DNA from: Tubiluchus corallicola | Taxonomy: Eukaryota; Animalia; Priapulida | Direction of reading: 5' to 3' | Assembly: GCA_030141605.1 (NCBI GenBank) | Contig: JAQGDQ010000466.1 | Span: 115,015 to 179,014, forward strand | DNA length: 64,000 nt | Shown here: positions 52,330 to 64,000 of the stretch, piece after piece | How the letters are laid out: each line of letters begins with the position of its first letter | Position numbering within the stretch: the first letter of the stretch is position 1 | The notes under the pieces: model-generated | Seen by the model: the letters and a program-made list of their open reading frames with translations, nothing else | The model's database searches: none | What the model was told of the DNA's origin: nothing | Program-made: the position numbers and the translations under genes

Positions 52330-55300
52330 AAGTTGTCTGCAATTTAGGGATTAAATGTTACTTTGCAGGCAGGGTGTAACCTGCCGCTCTGGTAAACACT
52401 TCAAAAGATTTATAATTAATCTTCTCTTTTGTGTGCAGAGAGCACGTCTGAAGTGGTCTGCAATTTAGGGCTTTTGTGGAATTTGCCGAAAAGATTACAA
52501 ATTTCAAAAACAAGAATTGTTATTTTCTATCATTAGTAATTTCCAGACGAAATTGCTCAAGATTGCATCTTTCATTGTGCATTGGGCGTGAACTGCATCT
52601 CATATCAAATACTTTACAAGACTTTACAAATCCATTAAGCTGTGCACGGAGACCCAGAAGTGATCATATTAGGGCTCTGCAAAATATGCCACCAATATTA
52701 TAAAATTTAATATTTCACAGAAAATTGATGAAAAATCTTCCTTTATCTATAATATGTGGTGAGCTCAAATTTCTCACAAGATTTATAATTAAGTCGCCGT
52801 TTTGTGTATTGATCACGTGGTTTGCAATTTCTATCAATTCAATTGAGTTATTTTTTTATTTTTTGGTAATTAAGTTCACATAAAATACAAATACAGTACT
52901 AAAATGAAATAGAGTACAATGAGATAATTGCTACCAGAGTAAAATATAAATACAGGGTTAAAAAATTAAAAGCTAAATCTATTTTAGAGGGTAATTGTGT
53001 AGTAATTCGTCCCCGTTGACAAAAAAAGCAAAAGCTAAAGTGTGGTAGAGATAGGTTTGCACACTTGCCAGAAGCACTGCAATCGTAGATAGATTTACAC
53101 ACATATCAGAAGCACTGCAATCGTAGATAGATTTACACACACGCCAGAAATACTGCAATCGTATTTTATAGGACAAGGAAAGGGAAACCTGAAGTAAGTT
53201 TCACATATCGCCTTAAAAATTATACAACTTTACAGCAATTTTATGCGCATATCGTATTCGTGTTGAAAGGAATTTTCGTTTGTTTTTATTTTAAATCTCC
53301 CAAAATACTTTTCAAACAACACCATTATATGACGTCACTATGCCTTTATATCAGGGGAAAAGCAGAAAATGTTAAATTATGTCCCAAAAGACTTTCCGTG
53401 CAAATCTGTATTACCAAACATTTCACTTACCTGCTGGAAAGGCATAAGTTGCTAGACTAATCATTTAAAATGTTTGTGCCAATTGGTAAAATGTCACTAT
53501 TCGCTTTCCAGTACGAGTACTCTGGTTGTTTTTTCAAACTTTGCTTAATGTTATCAAAACTTGTTTCAAACGACCTACCATTCAAATGGCTGCGCCTAAC
53601 GGTCATCGCGGGAATTTAAATTTACACGTTATATACAGCATTACAGCCGATGCAAGCCATGCATGCGAAAAGACAGTATATAAGTGGTATAAAATTTTGG
53701 AACGAATTTCTTAAGCTTTATGTAAGTGGAGGGTTTTCTTGTGCTTTAAAGGAGGGATATCATGAAAATCAAGTTAAACTTATTTTATAGTTGCCTTCCC
53801 CGTGAACAATTTGGCAAACTTTTTTTAGCAGGACGTTGTCTAATTAATGAGTAATTAACCTTTTTGTATATCGCAGGAGGAAACTACATTTACGCCTCTC
53901 CGCGTGAAAAAACTGAACTAGTGCAACTCTGCTGATGACGTATCAGAGTGTACCAGTGATACTGTCGTGCACAACTGGGCTAAAAATAAAGCTGTTATTA
54001 CTACATCACAGCATTTGACCTTGGGTTGGAAAGGTAGACATCTGATAGAGACGATTTTCGTTGAGGTCATTCACGTGTTTTCATGAAATTCTGCAAAAGT
54101 GACATATTTTACTACTGTCGAAAGTTATAGGTCCGTTATAGTATACTCTAATAGATGTGTCAGCAATCATTGTGCAAAAATAGACTGGCCTGCAGTAGAT
54201 TGTGGAAATTCTTGTAGCATTATTTGAAAACATCGTTAACAATACAAGCCGCAAAAGTGTCGGCCTTGGCAACAAAAGTTCTTGTAGTTACCGAACTTGT
54301 AACACATTCGACGACTGTTTTTCACTATGAACAATCACGATGACCGAAACCGAGCAAAAAACGCATTCAATCCACAATAAGCTAATGTTTACTGTGATAC
54401 CGTCACCAAGTATAAACTGTGTAAAAGTTTTGTATGCTGACGCTGCTTCACATTACGTACTATATCTGTAACAATCATTTGACTTTTACAGCAGCAAGGA
54501 AACTAAAATTTGGCACAAAAATACCCTGTCATTGTAGTAGTTCATTTCTCAAAGCTGACGCAAATCCGTACACAAACAAATTTCCTTTTGGAAAGTTATT
54601 TTTCTGGCAAATACAGGGAGACACTTTTCCGATAAAACCACAAATCTGTTTTGAATTCTTATGATATAATTGAATTTTGAAATGTAAAAACCAGAAACAT
54701 GCTAAAAGCCTTCTGGTAGACGAAATTAATGCTGATTTTACAACAAGCCACTGATTATGGCCAACGGCTTACTGTAGGCAGGTCTGTGTGACAGGTGTTG
54801 AAGATTTTTGTTTATTTAATAACCAAAACAGTTTATAATAATAGCTAAATGTGCGTTTTGATTAGATTAAGTTAAATTACCTGTTCTTACTTGTAAGGTG
54901 GTGTCATCTGGCTTCAATATTAGCGTGCTACTTTTAAATACCTGTTAGTCAAGTTTCAATGTGTTCAAAGCAGTGATGACGTGCTGACAAATTTTCTGTG
55001 TTTTGATGTCACGATTTGATGCCAAAGATGTATGTATGTTTTTTTTAATTTTATTTAGTTATTCAAGTCTTTGATTTATTTCACTTAATCGTAATTGACA
55101 TTTTGATAAGAATTCTTTGATTAGTTTATTAAAGGAATTTGCATTTCATTCAAGATAAAATGTATAATTTATAAAATGGCGTCTCAATGCCTGTCAAATA
55201 TGAACTAAAATGACAAAATTGCATGTGCCTTGATGATCATTATATGTTTATTATATTGTTTTTTTTACTTAATGATAACCATATAGGCCTAATATTTTAA

Positions 55301-58300
55301 CTTGTTTACAATTTTCTGTAGTGACTTCGCCTTGGTTTATCACATTACCAAAGGAGATGACAACCAACAGTAAAAGTAACACGATGGAAAAGTCTATTGA
55401 TCAATGATGTATGCTCGTCCACATGAGCCAAAGTTAGCTAAAGGTCTGCTACACCCAGTTACAAATTACGTTTTGAACGAAGGTCTCTTTTGACTAGGAA
55501 GTTGCTGATTGTAGAGTTCCAAAAGTGGAAGATTCAAGGTAACTTTCCTTTGCTAGGATCCACTATACAGAAACAATGAGTAACAGTACAAAACAATTTA
55601 TTATGTTCATCAAACAATTACGAGTCTATCATACTAGTATAGTGACCACTGTTTGAAGATATACAACACATACTTTTTGCACAATGCTGAAAAACAAATC
55701 TGTAATGTGTTATTATGCAAAGCATGAGGTCCCGTACAAAATCAAATGTCTCTTATAAAGATTGCCATTACAAGCTTTCACATTTACACATACTTACAGA
55801 TGTTTTACTCAATCTCACAATGTAAAATACACTAATCACTGAAGCAATAGTGTAACGCAGTGTTTCTTGCAGGCCTTTTAAAATCAACTAATCATTAATC
55901 ATAATCATCAGTAATCTTTTTTAGATTAGATTAGCTTTCAAGATGAACAAACGTGGATTCAATCCATTTCAAACAGTTTTGAACTTTTGCTCATTCTTTT
56001 CGCATATCAATATAATTATGTCATAATTTGTGACATCGCATATTAAGTTCCAAGGAACAGAATTGTAGCTATAGCTTCAATCAATTTTCTAAGTGCTGCT
56101 TCTACATGAAATATTTTGCTATCAATTCCAGCTTCCTTTATGGCAAATTGACATATCAGTTGATGCACCCCTTTAATTGACTTCAATGTGTTGTATACAT
56201 ACTCAACATTGTCATCAATCTCACCAAGTCTGTGATATTTGAGTGTCAGCTGATTCTTTACAACTTTGAAAATGATTCATAAAGCTGTTGGAAGAAAAAG
56301 ACGAATTTTTTCGTTATTGTGGTTTCCTAGACGTTTCCAACGCTGCAGTGCGACACAGTAGGCAGAATATGTGAAATGTTTCAGGTGCTAAATTGACTTT
56401 TAGCCACATGAACTTCTTGAAACTCCACTGATAATAACCTGTTAATAAACAAATAGGCAATTTAAAGAATAAAATCGTTTTCAACATTTAAAACATTTCA
56501 ATTACTATCATTATAATGTCTGTGCAGGTGTGATAATATTTTGACTGTTACTAATTATGTTGTCAAATATTGTTTGCTAAGCTATATAATATTATTTGAA
56601 GTAATAATTTAAAAAACGTTGTCTGCCTATTGTAAATTTGTGAAAGGATTGAATGCATTGGGTTCTTTGCCTTAGTTGATGTCAACGTTAAATTTAATGC
56701 CATATTTTTTAGGGGAATTGTCACATGGTTTTTTGAAAATATATTTCAAAAAACATCACTGAACACTCTGTTTCCATAACAACAGTTTTCTTCCAAGACA
56801 ATTCTTTGGCCCTCAGCCTTTGTGAGTGAAGAACAAAATCAGTCACCTCTCATATACCTGGGAGCATGAACGACTTGCTTAACGTTTTCTCTCAAAGAAG
56901 TTTTGTTCATCATAAGCCATTTTCATTAACTAATTTAATCTGTTTGATACTTAATTGCTACAAAAAATTCAGCTGATAATTTTAAGAAACCTACAAGATC
57001 TATCGGCCAATTTCTTTTGAAAAATATTAAGATGAACAATTTAGTGTGAAGATTATATTCAAAGAAACTCCAGCAAAAAATTAGCTTCCCAAATTAAGAC
57101 TGAGGCCAGCATCTGTTCTCTTGCAACATCAAGTACTCCTGAAAGGCTTTTCTTCAATTTTAATGTCCAAAAACCGGTCCCATTTTTCTTCCCCTGTATC
57201 TCAGTGGAAGAAATTCTGTACTTGAGCGCAGTGAATGGGCAATGGCAAGGATTTGGTCAACACTGCCCATGCTGGACATTGGCACAAGCTACAAGTCTTC
57301 AGGACTAGTTGAAACCACAAGAGTAGAAATACTGTCCTTCATCTTAATCTTCATGCTACAGTTTCTGCGCAATACAAAGACTCGATCATCGTAAGCACAC
57401 ATTTTCAGACAAAATGAAATTGCATCTGATCACAAGATATTCAAGGTTGATTCAGTTTTAGCAATTAATGGAGAAACAACCAGTATCCCTCGTGCTATTG
57501 ATGTTGTCATAAGCAAGACTTCACAAAAACTCTAAAAAAACTGGCATGCCACACATGACAATGTCAACGACAATATCAAGAATTCTGGGTCTTATTGAGA
57601 CTTTTCTACATAGAAGGGATATGCGCATCAAGATCAATAACTATACTTTTCAGAAATACTGTTGTAAGAAAGGTCTGCCAATCTGATAAAATCTGCCGTA
57701 CTGCCAAGCATGCTGAACCTTCCATACCCGCCATACTGTCAGATATGCTAAACCTTCCATACCCCCCATACTTACAAATATGCTAAACCTTCCATACCTG
57801 CCATACTGACAAACATGCTAAACCTTCCATACCTGCCATACTTACAAATATGCTAAATCTTCCATACCTGCCACACTTACAAATATGCTAAATCTTCCAT
57901 ACCTGCCACACTTACAAATATGCTGAACCTTCCATACCTGCCATACTGACAAACATGCTACACCTTTCTTACGCGCCATACTACCAAATTTGCCATGCCA
58001 CCAAGTCTGTTATACTAGAACTAAATGACTGACCAAAGTTAAAACTAAATGACTGACTAACTGACTAGCTTAGCTAACTAACTAATTAACGATGTTCATA
58101 CAGTCTCCTATTTTTAGTTCCCTACGAAGCCTCAAATTATCTTAAGTTCCCATTCATTGTACAATTTGCAACCTGCTTTGCTGATTTTGTCTCGTTTCGA
58201 AATAACAAAGTTACAAAATAACGCCTGTAGAGTACGCCACTTACTGGCGCAGACAGACGCTGCAAAACGACGTGCATAATGAGAAAATTCGCCCGAAGCT

Positions 58301-59098
58301 CTTTCTAACTTTTCAGTAAGTTTGCAGTTTGGCTCTTTTTTCTGTTACTTCTTCCTTGACTGTGGTTAGCTGTAGTAGGTAAAACTATCACTTTTTGCTA
58401 ACTCCCAAATTAAAATATTTCACGAAATCTTTCATAAGTTTTTTAAAGTTTTTTTTCTTTGTAAATGGGAGGTTTGTTTCAACTTTTCTTTGTGTTTGCA
58501 GATAAAGGAGGAATTTTTCTACTGCAGTCCTGCTTTTAGCAATAATTCTAATTTGGGCGATATGGCAGTGGCTTAAAAACTCCTAAACTGTAGTCACCTA
58601 AACTACTAAACAACATTATTGTGCCATGATAGATCACACTACTACAAGACCCATTTATACAAAATAAAGAAAGTGATTTAAAATGATTACTCATCAGATA
58701 AACACTTACCATAAAACATATGCCATAGGACAGTTATAAAGATAGAATTAGCTTGCTTATAGCTGCCACCATTCCATTTTTAAATCACCTTGCAGCCACA
58801 ATCCATTTATTAGACAAAATAGAAGCGTGACCACTTCTGTGGTTAAGTGCAAAGAATAAATTGTTTGATACAGAAACCAACATTTTCACTTTTCTAACAA
58901 AATCACACATTTTGCACTCAAAATCAGTATTACACTTCACTAAAAAGTCTTCTGTTTTTCCTGGAGCACAGTTCACACTTATAGCAAGACTGCAAAGCAA
59001 ATGATTTGCTTGAGTTGTCTCGTCTTCACGCATCTGAAAGTTACGCCTATAAACTGACGTGTTGGAGTTGATCACCATGACAGCTTTTTAACTCCGCC
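52330..59098 (+). repeat. Fourth composite unit (o-p-h-i-satellite-l), colinear with about 39870-48330
   Basis: Same module order and anchors; 35-bp CCTTCCATACCTGCCATACTGACAAACATGCTAAA units at 57720-57960. Confidence 0.9.
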
Positions 59099-59104
59099 CA
59101 CGAC

Positions 59105-61435
59105 ATTTAGCAACTGTTTAGCTCCACCCAGCGTTCACACTCACTAGAAATTTTCCATCAAGAACGCCAGCAAAAAATTGCGCAGGATTGCGCAAAACTT
59201 ATTCGTTTAGCGAATTTATTAGCTGTACTAGTTTAGTGCAGAGTCTTTACAAACCTTAAGAAAAAAAAGAGATATTTTATTAACTAAATATCAGCAATAT
59301 CTGACAATATATTTTCTTCTGAATTTTTTATGTATTTTTTAAGAAAAACTTTTATTTCTTCACTCTACAAATCATTAAAATCTATGCTGTTTTCAAAGCT
59401 TTTCTTATCGTTTTTTTGAAGCTTGGCATGTAAGGTTAGCCTGCTTAGACCTGTTCTACGACCACAAAGTTGGTATGATAACATTTGACAAAATTATTTT
59501 GAAAACGCAAAACACAAAAAAGTAAACCATTTGAGAGGTGCTGCTCTGACACAAAAGAGAAGCTTAATTATAAATCTTTTGATGTATAAGAGACTCTGTA
59601 ATTGCAGAAAAATCCAAACTGAAATTTGTTAGAATATTTCGAGAGTTTATGAATAAGAAATCACACTAATTTTTGCAAATGCCATAAAAAAGTGTTACAG
59701 TTTTGAAAAATTCTTTAAGCTCATTTTCATTGTCTCTGTCTACATTGCTGAATCGTCTTCTAGTTTCAGTTCAGTCATTATCGTACCTTATTTTTTTCAC
59801 ATTGAAAGTTTGTCATTGTGAAATTTTTTCACCTTCGTATAATTTTGCTGTTTTCTAAAAAGGGCAAAATTTTTGACAATGAAATATTTCAATTCGGCCA
59901 TCCCTGTCGAAGATTGCAAATATTAATTTTACGATCAATAAACCAAGTACTACTACTACTACTACTATATGAGCTGCTACGGATAGAGCTGACAATCTAC
60001 GGATAACGAAAAGTTTAGTCTTCAACAATTTGAAATTTACATTTAAAATTTATAATCCTGGCGGCAGATTTTCTAAAATGACAAATTGCAGACCAATCAT
60101 AATACGCTCTCTCTGCACACAGTGAACAGCCCGATGGTTACTAAAATCTTCTAAAGTATTTCTCCTGAGATTCAGTTCACGTCCTGCACACAAAGAAAGA
60201 TGATAGCTTTCAGCAATTTTATCTGAAATTTAAAAATGACTGAAACGAAGCGAAAATAATAACACCGACTTTCGAAGTTCATAATTTTTGCGGCAAATTC
60301 CGCAAAACATTAAATTGCAGACATCTTGAGACGCGCTCTCTGTTCACACAAGAGAGCAGCTTATTTATAATCCTTTTGAAGTATTTACCTGAGTGGTAGG
60401 TTACTCCCTGCCTACAAATAAAGATTTCAATCCCTTATAATTGCGTCTGGAATTTAATAACAATTGATAAGCTGATAATAATAATCCCTCTTTTTGAAGG
60501 TTCAGCAAATGTCACAGCAATCCTAGCAGCACGTGAGATTTTCTGGGTTATCACCAAAATTTGAACTGGCATGTTAGATATATAATAAATAATTTTGCAA
60601 CAACTATGGTCGTGGTCACTGTCGCTGCAGCTGCTTCACCTTCTACTTATCACTATTGCTATCATTGCTGCTGTTGTTATCACTACTGCTGCTGCTACAC
60701 TGATGGTGATGATGACGCTAATGTTGTCACTTTTGCTATTGTTGTTCTCTCTGCAAGCTTTATACTTTTATATGCATCATTCCACAAGGAAAAAATTGTC
60801 GCGTTTTTATACATTAAAAAAAGTTTTTCTCAATAGCAACTAACAGCATTTCACCAGTTTCTTTGTTAGGTGGCGCTACATCAATAAGACTTATTTCTCA
60901 GACTCGAATTAACAGAGATTATAATCAATTATTGCAGGTGACTCTTATGCTTAGTGTGCAAGGGGCGACTTTGTGTACAGCTCATATTTCAAATTTTTCA
61001 TAAGTTAAAGCAAATCAAAAAATCGTATTTATTTTACAAGGCATCATAAGATGTTTTCATATTATTGCCGTTGCCAGATAGATGCACCATGCAAGGTGTG
61101 ATGGGCTTACTGCACGCACAACAGCCGATGCATTTGAAAGCATTACTCTAAAAAAATTATGATGCTTTGTTATGTAAGCTGTTTCTATATTGTATTCATT
61201 GCCAGATGGCAGCACAGTGCTGGTTCACATGGTCTTACTGTGCACAAAACAGTTGGATGCATTCAAAACCAGCAGCTCTCACAAATGGTTTTCCAACTAG
61301 CAAAACAAATTAAAACAAAAGTTTTTGTTTTGTAAACGCCGGAAAACCAAAATAAAGCAAACTTGCAGATGTAATGTGACCCAGATTAAATCATTGAGCC
61401 GTACTTTAACTTGCAGATAAACATTAAGCTTTATT
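59105..61435 (+). repeat. Paralog of 9655-12400, ending in the first about 60 bp of the solo LTR
   Basis: Shared blocks; GCAGA|TGTAATGTGACCCAG at about 61365-61385. Confidence 0.9.
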
Positions 61436-64000
61436 AGTAACTGCCAAACACAACAACTGCCCTTATTTTCTGTGCAACCACACTTAGTAACTTGTTTTCT
61501 GTGCAACCGCACTTAGTAACTTGTTTTCTGTGCAACCGCATTCAGTAACTTATTTTCTGTGCAACCGCACTTAGTAACTTGTTTTCTGAGCAACTGCACT
61601 TAGTAACTTATTTTCTGCAGCCAAACACAACAACCACCCTTATTTTCTGTGCAACCACACTCAGCAACTTATTTTCTGTGCAACCACACTCTGTAACTTA
61701 TTTTCTGAGCAACTGCACTTAGTAACTAAATTTTCTGAGCATCCGCACTTAGTAACTTATTTTCTGTGCAACCGCACTTGGTAACTTATTTTCTCTGCAA
61801 CCGCACTTGGTAACTTATTTTCTGAGCAACCGCACTTAGTAACTTATTTTCTCTGCAACCGCACTTCGTAACTTATTTTCTGAGCAACCGCTCTTAGCAA
61901 CTTATTTTCTGTGCACCCACACTTAGTAACTTATTTTCTGTGCTACCGCACTTAGTAACTTATTTTCTGTACAACCACACTCAGTAACTTATTTTCTGAG
62001 CAACCACACTTAGTAACTTATTTTCTGAGCAACCGCACTTAGTAACTTATTTTCTCTGCAACCGCACTTGGTAACTTATTTTCTGAGCAACCGCTCTTAG
62101 CAACTTATTTTCTGTGCAAACGCACTTAGTAACTTATTTTCTGTGCAACCGCACTTAATAACTTGTTTTCTGTGCAACCACACTCAGTAACTTATTTTCT
62201 GTGCAACCGCACTCAGTAACTTATTTTCTGTGCAACCACACTCAGTAACTTATTTTCTGAGCAACCGCACTTAGTAACTTATTTTCTGAGCAACCGCACT
62301 TAGTAACTTATTTTCTGCTGCCAAACACGACAACCGCACTTATTTTCTGTGCAACCACACTCAGTAACTTATTTTCTGTGCAACCACACTCAGTAACTTA
62401 TTTTCTGAGCAACCGCACTTAGTAACTTATTTTCTGAGCAACCGCACTTAGTAACGTATTTTCTGTGCAACCACACTCAGTAACTTATTTTCTTTGCAAC
62501 CACACTCAGTAACTTATTTTCTTTGCAACCACACTTAGTAACTTATTTTCTGTGCAACCACACTCAGTAACTTATTTTCTGTGCAACCACACTCAGTAAC
62601 TTATTTTCTGAGCAACCGCACTTAGTAACTTATTTTCTGAGCAACCGCACTTAGTAACGTATTTTCTGTGCAACCACACTCAGTAACTTATTTTCTGCGC
62701 AACCGCACTTAGTAACTTATTTTCTGTGCAACCGCACTTAGTAACTTATTTTCTGCGCAACCACACTTAGTAACTTATTTTCTGCACAACCGCACTTTTT
62801 TTTGACAACCACAACAACCACACTTATTTTCTATACAACCATACTTAGTAACTTATTTTCTGTGCAAACGCACTTATTTACTGACTTTTCCATGCATCCG
62901 CACTTATTTAATGACTTTTCTATGCATCCGCACTTATTTGCTTATTATCTATGCAACTGCACATATTTACTTTATTTTCATTGTAACCGCATATATTTAC
63001 TTATTTTCTATGCAGCTGCACATATTTACTTATTTTCTATGCAACTGTACATATTTACTTATTTTCTATGCAACCACACATATTTACTTATTTTCTATGA
63101 AACAGCACATATTTACTTATTTTCTATGCAACCGCACGTAATTACTTATTTTCTATGCAGCCGCACATATTTTCTTATTTTCTATGCAACTGCACATATT
63201 TTCTTATTTTCTATGAAACAACACATATTTACTTATTTTCTATGCAACCGCACGTAATTACTTATTTTCTATGCAGCCGCACATATTTTCTTATTTTCTA
63301 TGCAACCGCACATATTTTCTTATTTTATATGCAACCACACATATTTTCTTATTTTCTATGCAACTGCACATATTTACTTATTTTCTATGCAGCCGCACAT
63401 ATTTACTTATTTTCTATGCAGCTGCACATATTTTCTTATTTTCTATGCAACCACACATATTTTCTTATTTTCTATGCAACCGCACATATTTTCTTATTTT
63501 CTATGCAACCGCACATATTTTCTTATTTTCTATGCAACCGCACATATTTTCTTATTTTCTATGCAGCCGCACATATTTTCTTATTTTCTATGCAACTGCA
63601 CATATTTACTTATTTTCTATGCAACTGCACATATTTTCTTATTTTCTATGCAACTGCACATATTTTCTTATTTTCTATGCAACTGCACATATTTTCTTAT
63701 TTTCTATGCAACTGCACATATTTACTTATTTTCTATGCAACTGCACATATCTACTTATTACCTATGCAACTGCACATATTTTCTTATTTTATATGCAGCA
63801 GCACATATTTTCTTATTTTCTATGCAACTGCACATATTTACTTATTTTCTATGCAACCGCACATATTTTCTTATTTTCTATGCAACCGCACATATTTTCT
63901 TATTTTCTATGCAACCGCACATATTTTCTTATTTTCTATGCAACCGCACATATTTACTTATTTTCTATGCAACCGCACATATTTACTTATTTTCTATGCA
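61436..64000 (+). repeat. 29-bp satellite array running off the window end
   Basis: CACTTAGTAACTTATTTTCTGTGCAAC variant to about 62860, then the CACATATTT(A/T)CTTATTTTCTATGCAAC variant. Confidence 0.97.

Noticed and set aside
56330-56435. WSFKKFMWL...IFCLLCR read as a hAT TTF-type zinc finger or a signal peptide
   Set aside because: The downstream His ligands are absent and the frame hits stops. A different frame continues into the longer conserved peptide.
58785-59078. 97-aa ORF in module l as a conserved small gene
   Set aside because: The other three copies are truncated by stops or deletions, and there is no recognisable domain.

Overview
AT-rich, repeat-dominated eukaryotic DNA, probably from an invertebrate animal. 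I found no intact protein-coding gene. 1-3.45 kb holds duplicated, disabled exons of a glycoside hydrolase family 1 (GH1; beta-glucosidase/lactase-like) gene. 3.99-6.45 kb is a decayed Ty3/gypsy LTR retrotransposon with a SCAN-like gag and the Gmr1-type order protease->integrase. Two solo LTRs with 5-bp target duplications lie at 6623-7793 and 12340-13650. From about 9.6 kb to the end, the window is a mosaic of a few modules repeated 2-4 times, some inverted. The modules include decayed LINE RT fragments, a Kolobok-like end, a possible receptor-like pseudogene, and many distinct minisatellites (25, 11/22, 119, 137, 31, 69, 99, 29 bp and a 9-mer-based family). Most ORFs in the supplied track are artefacts of these satellites. 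The most notable items are a 137-bp array of CTCF-like motifs, satellites apparently built from DNA-transposon termini, and recombinant copies of a multi-kb composite unit. All calls are by eye, no database searches were run, and module boundaries are approximate.
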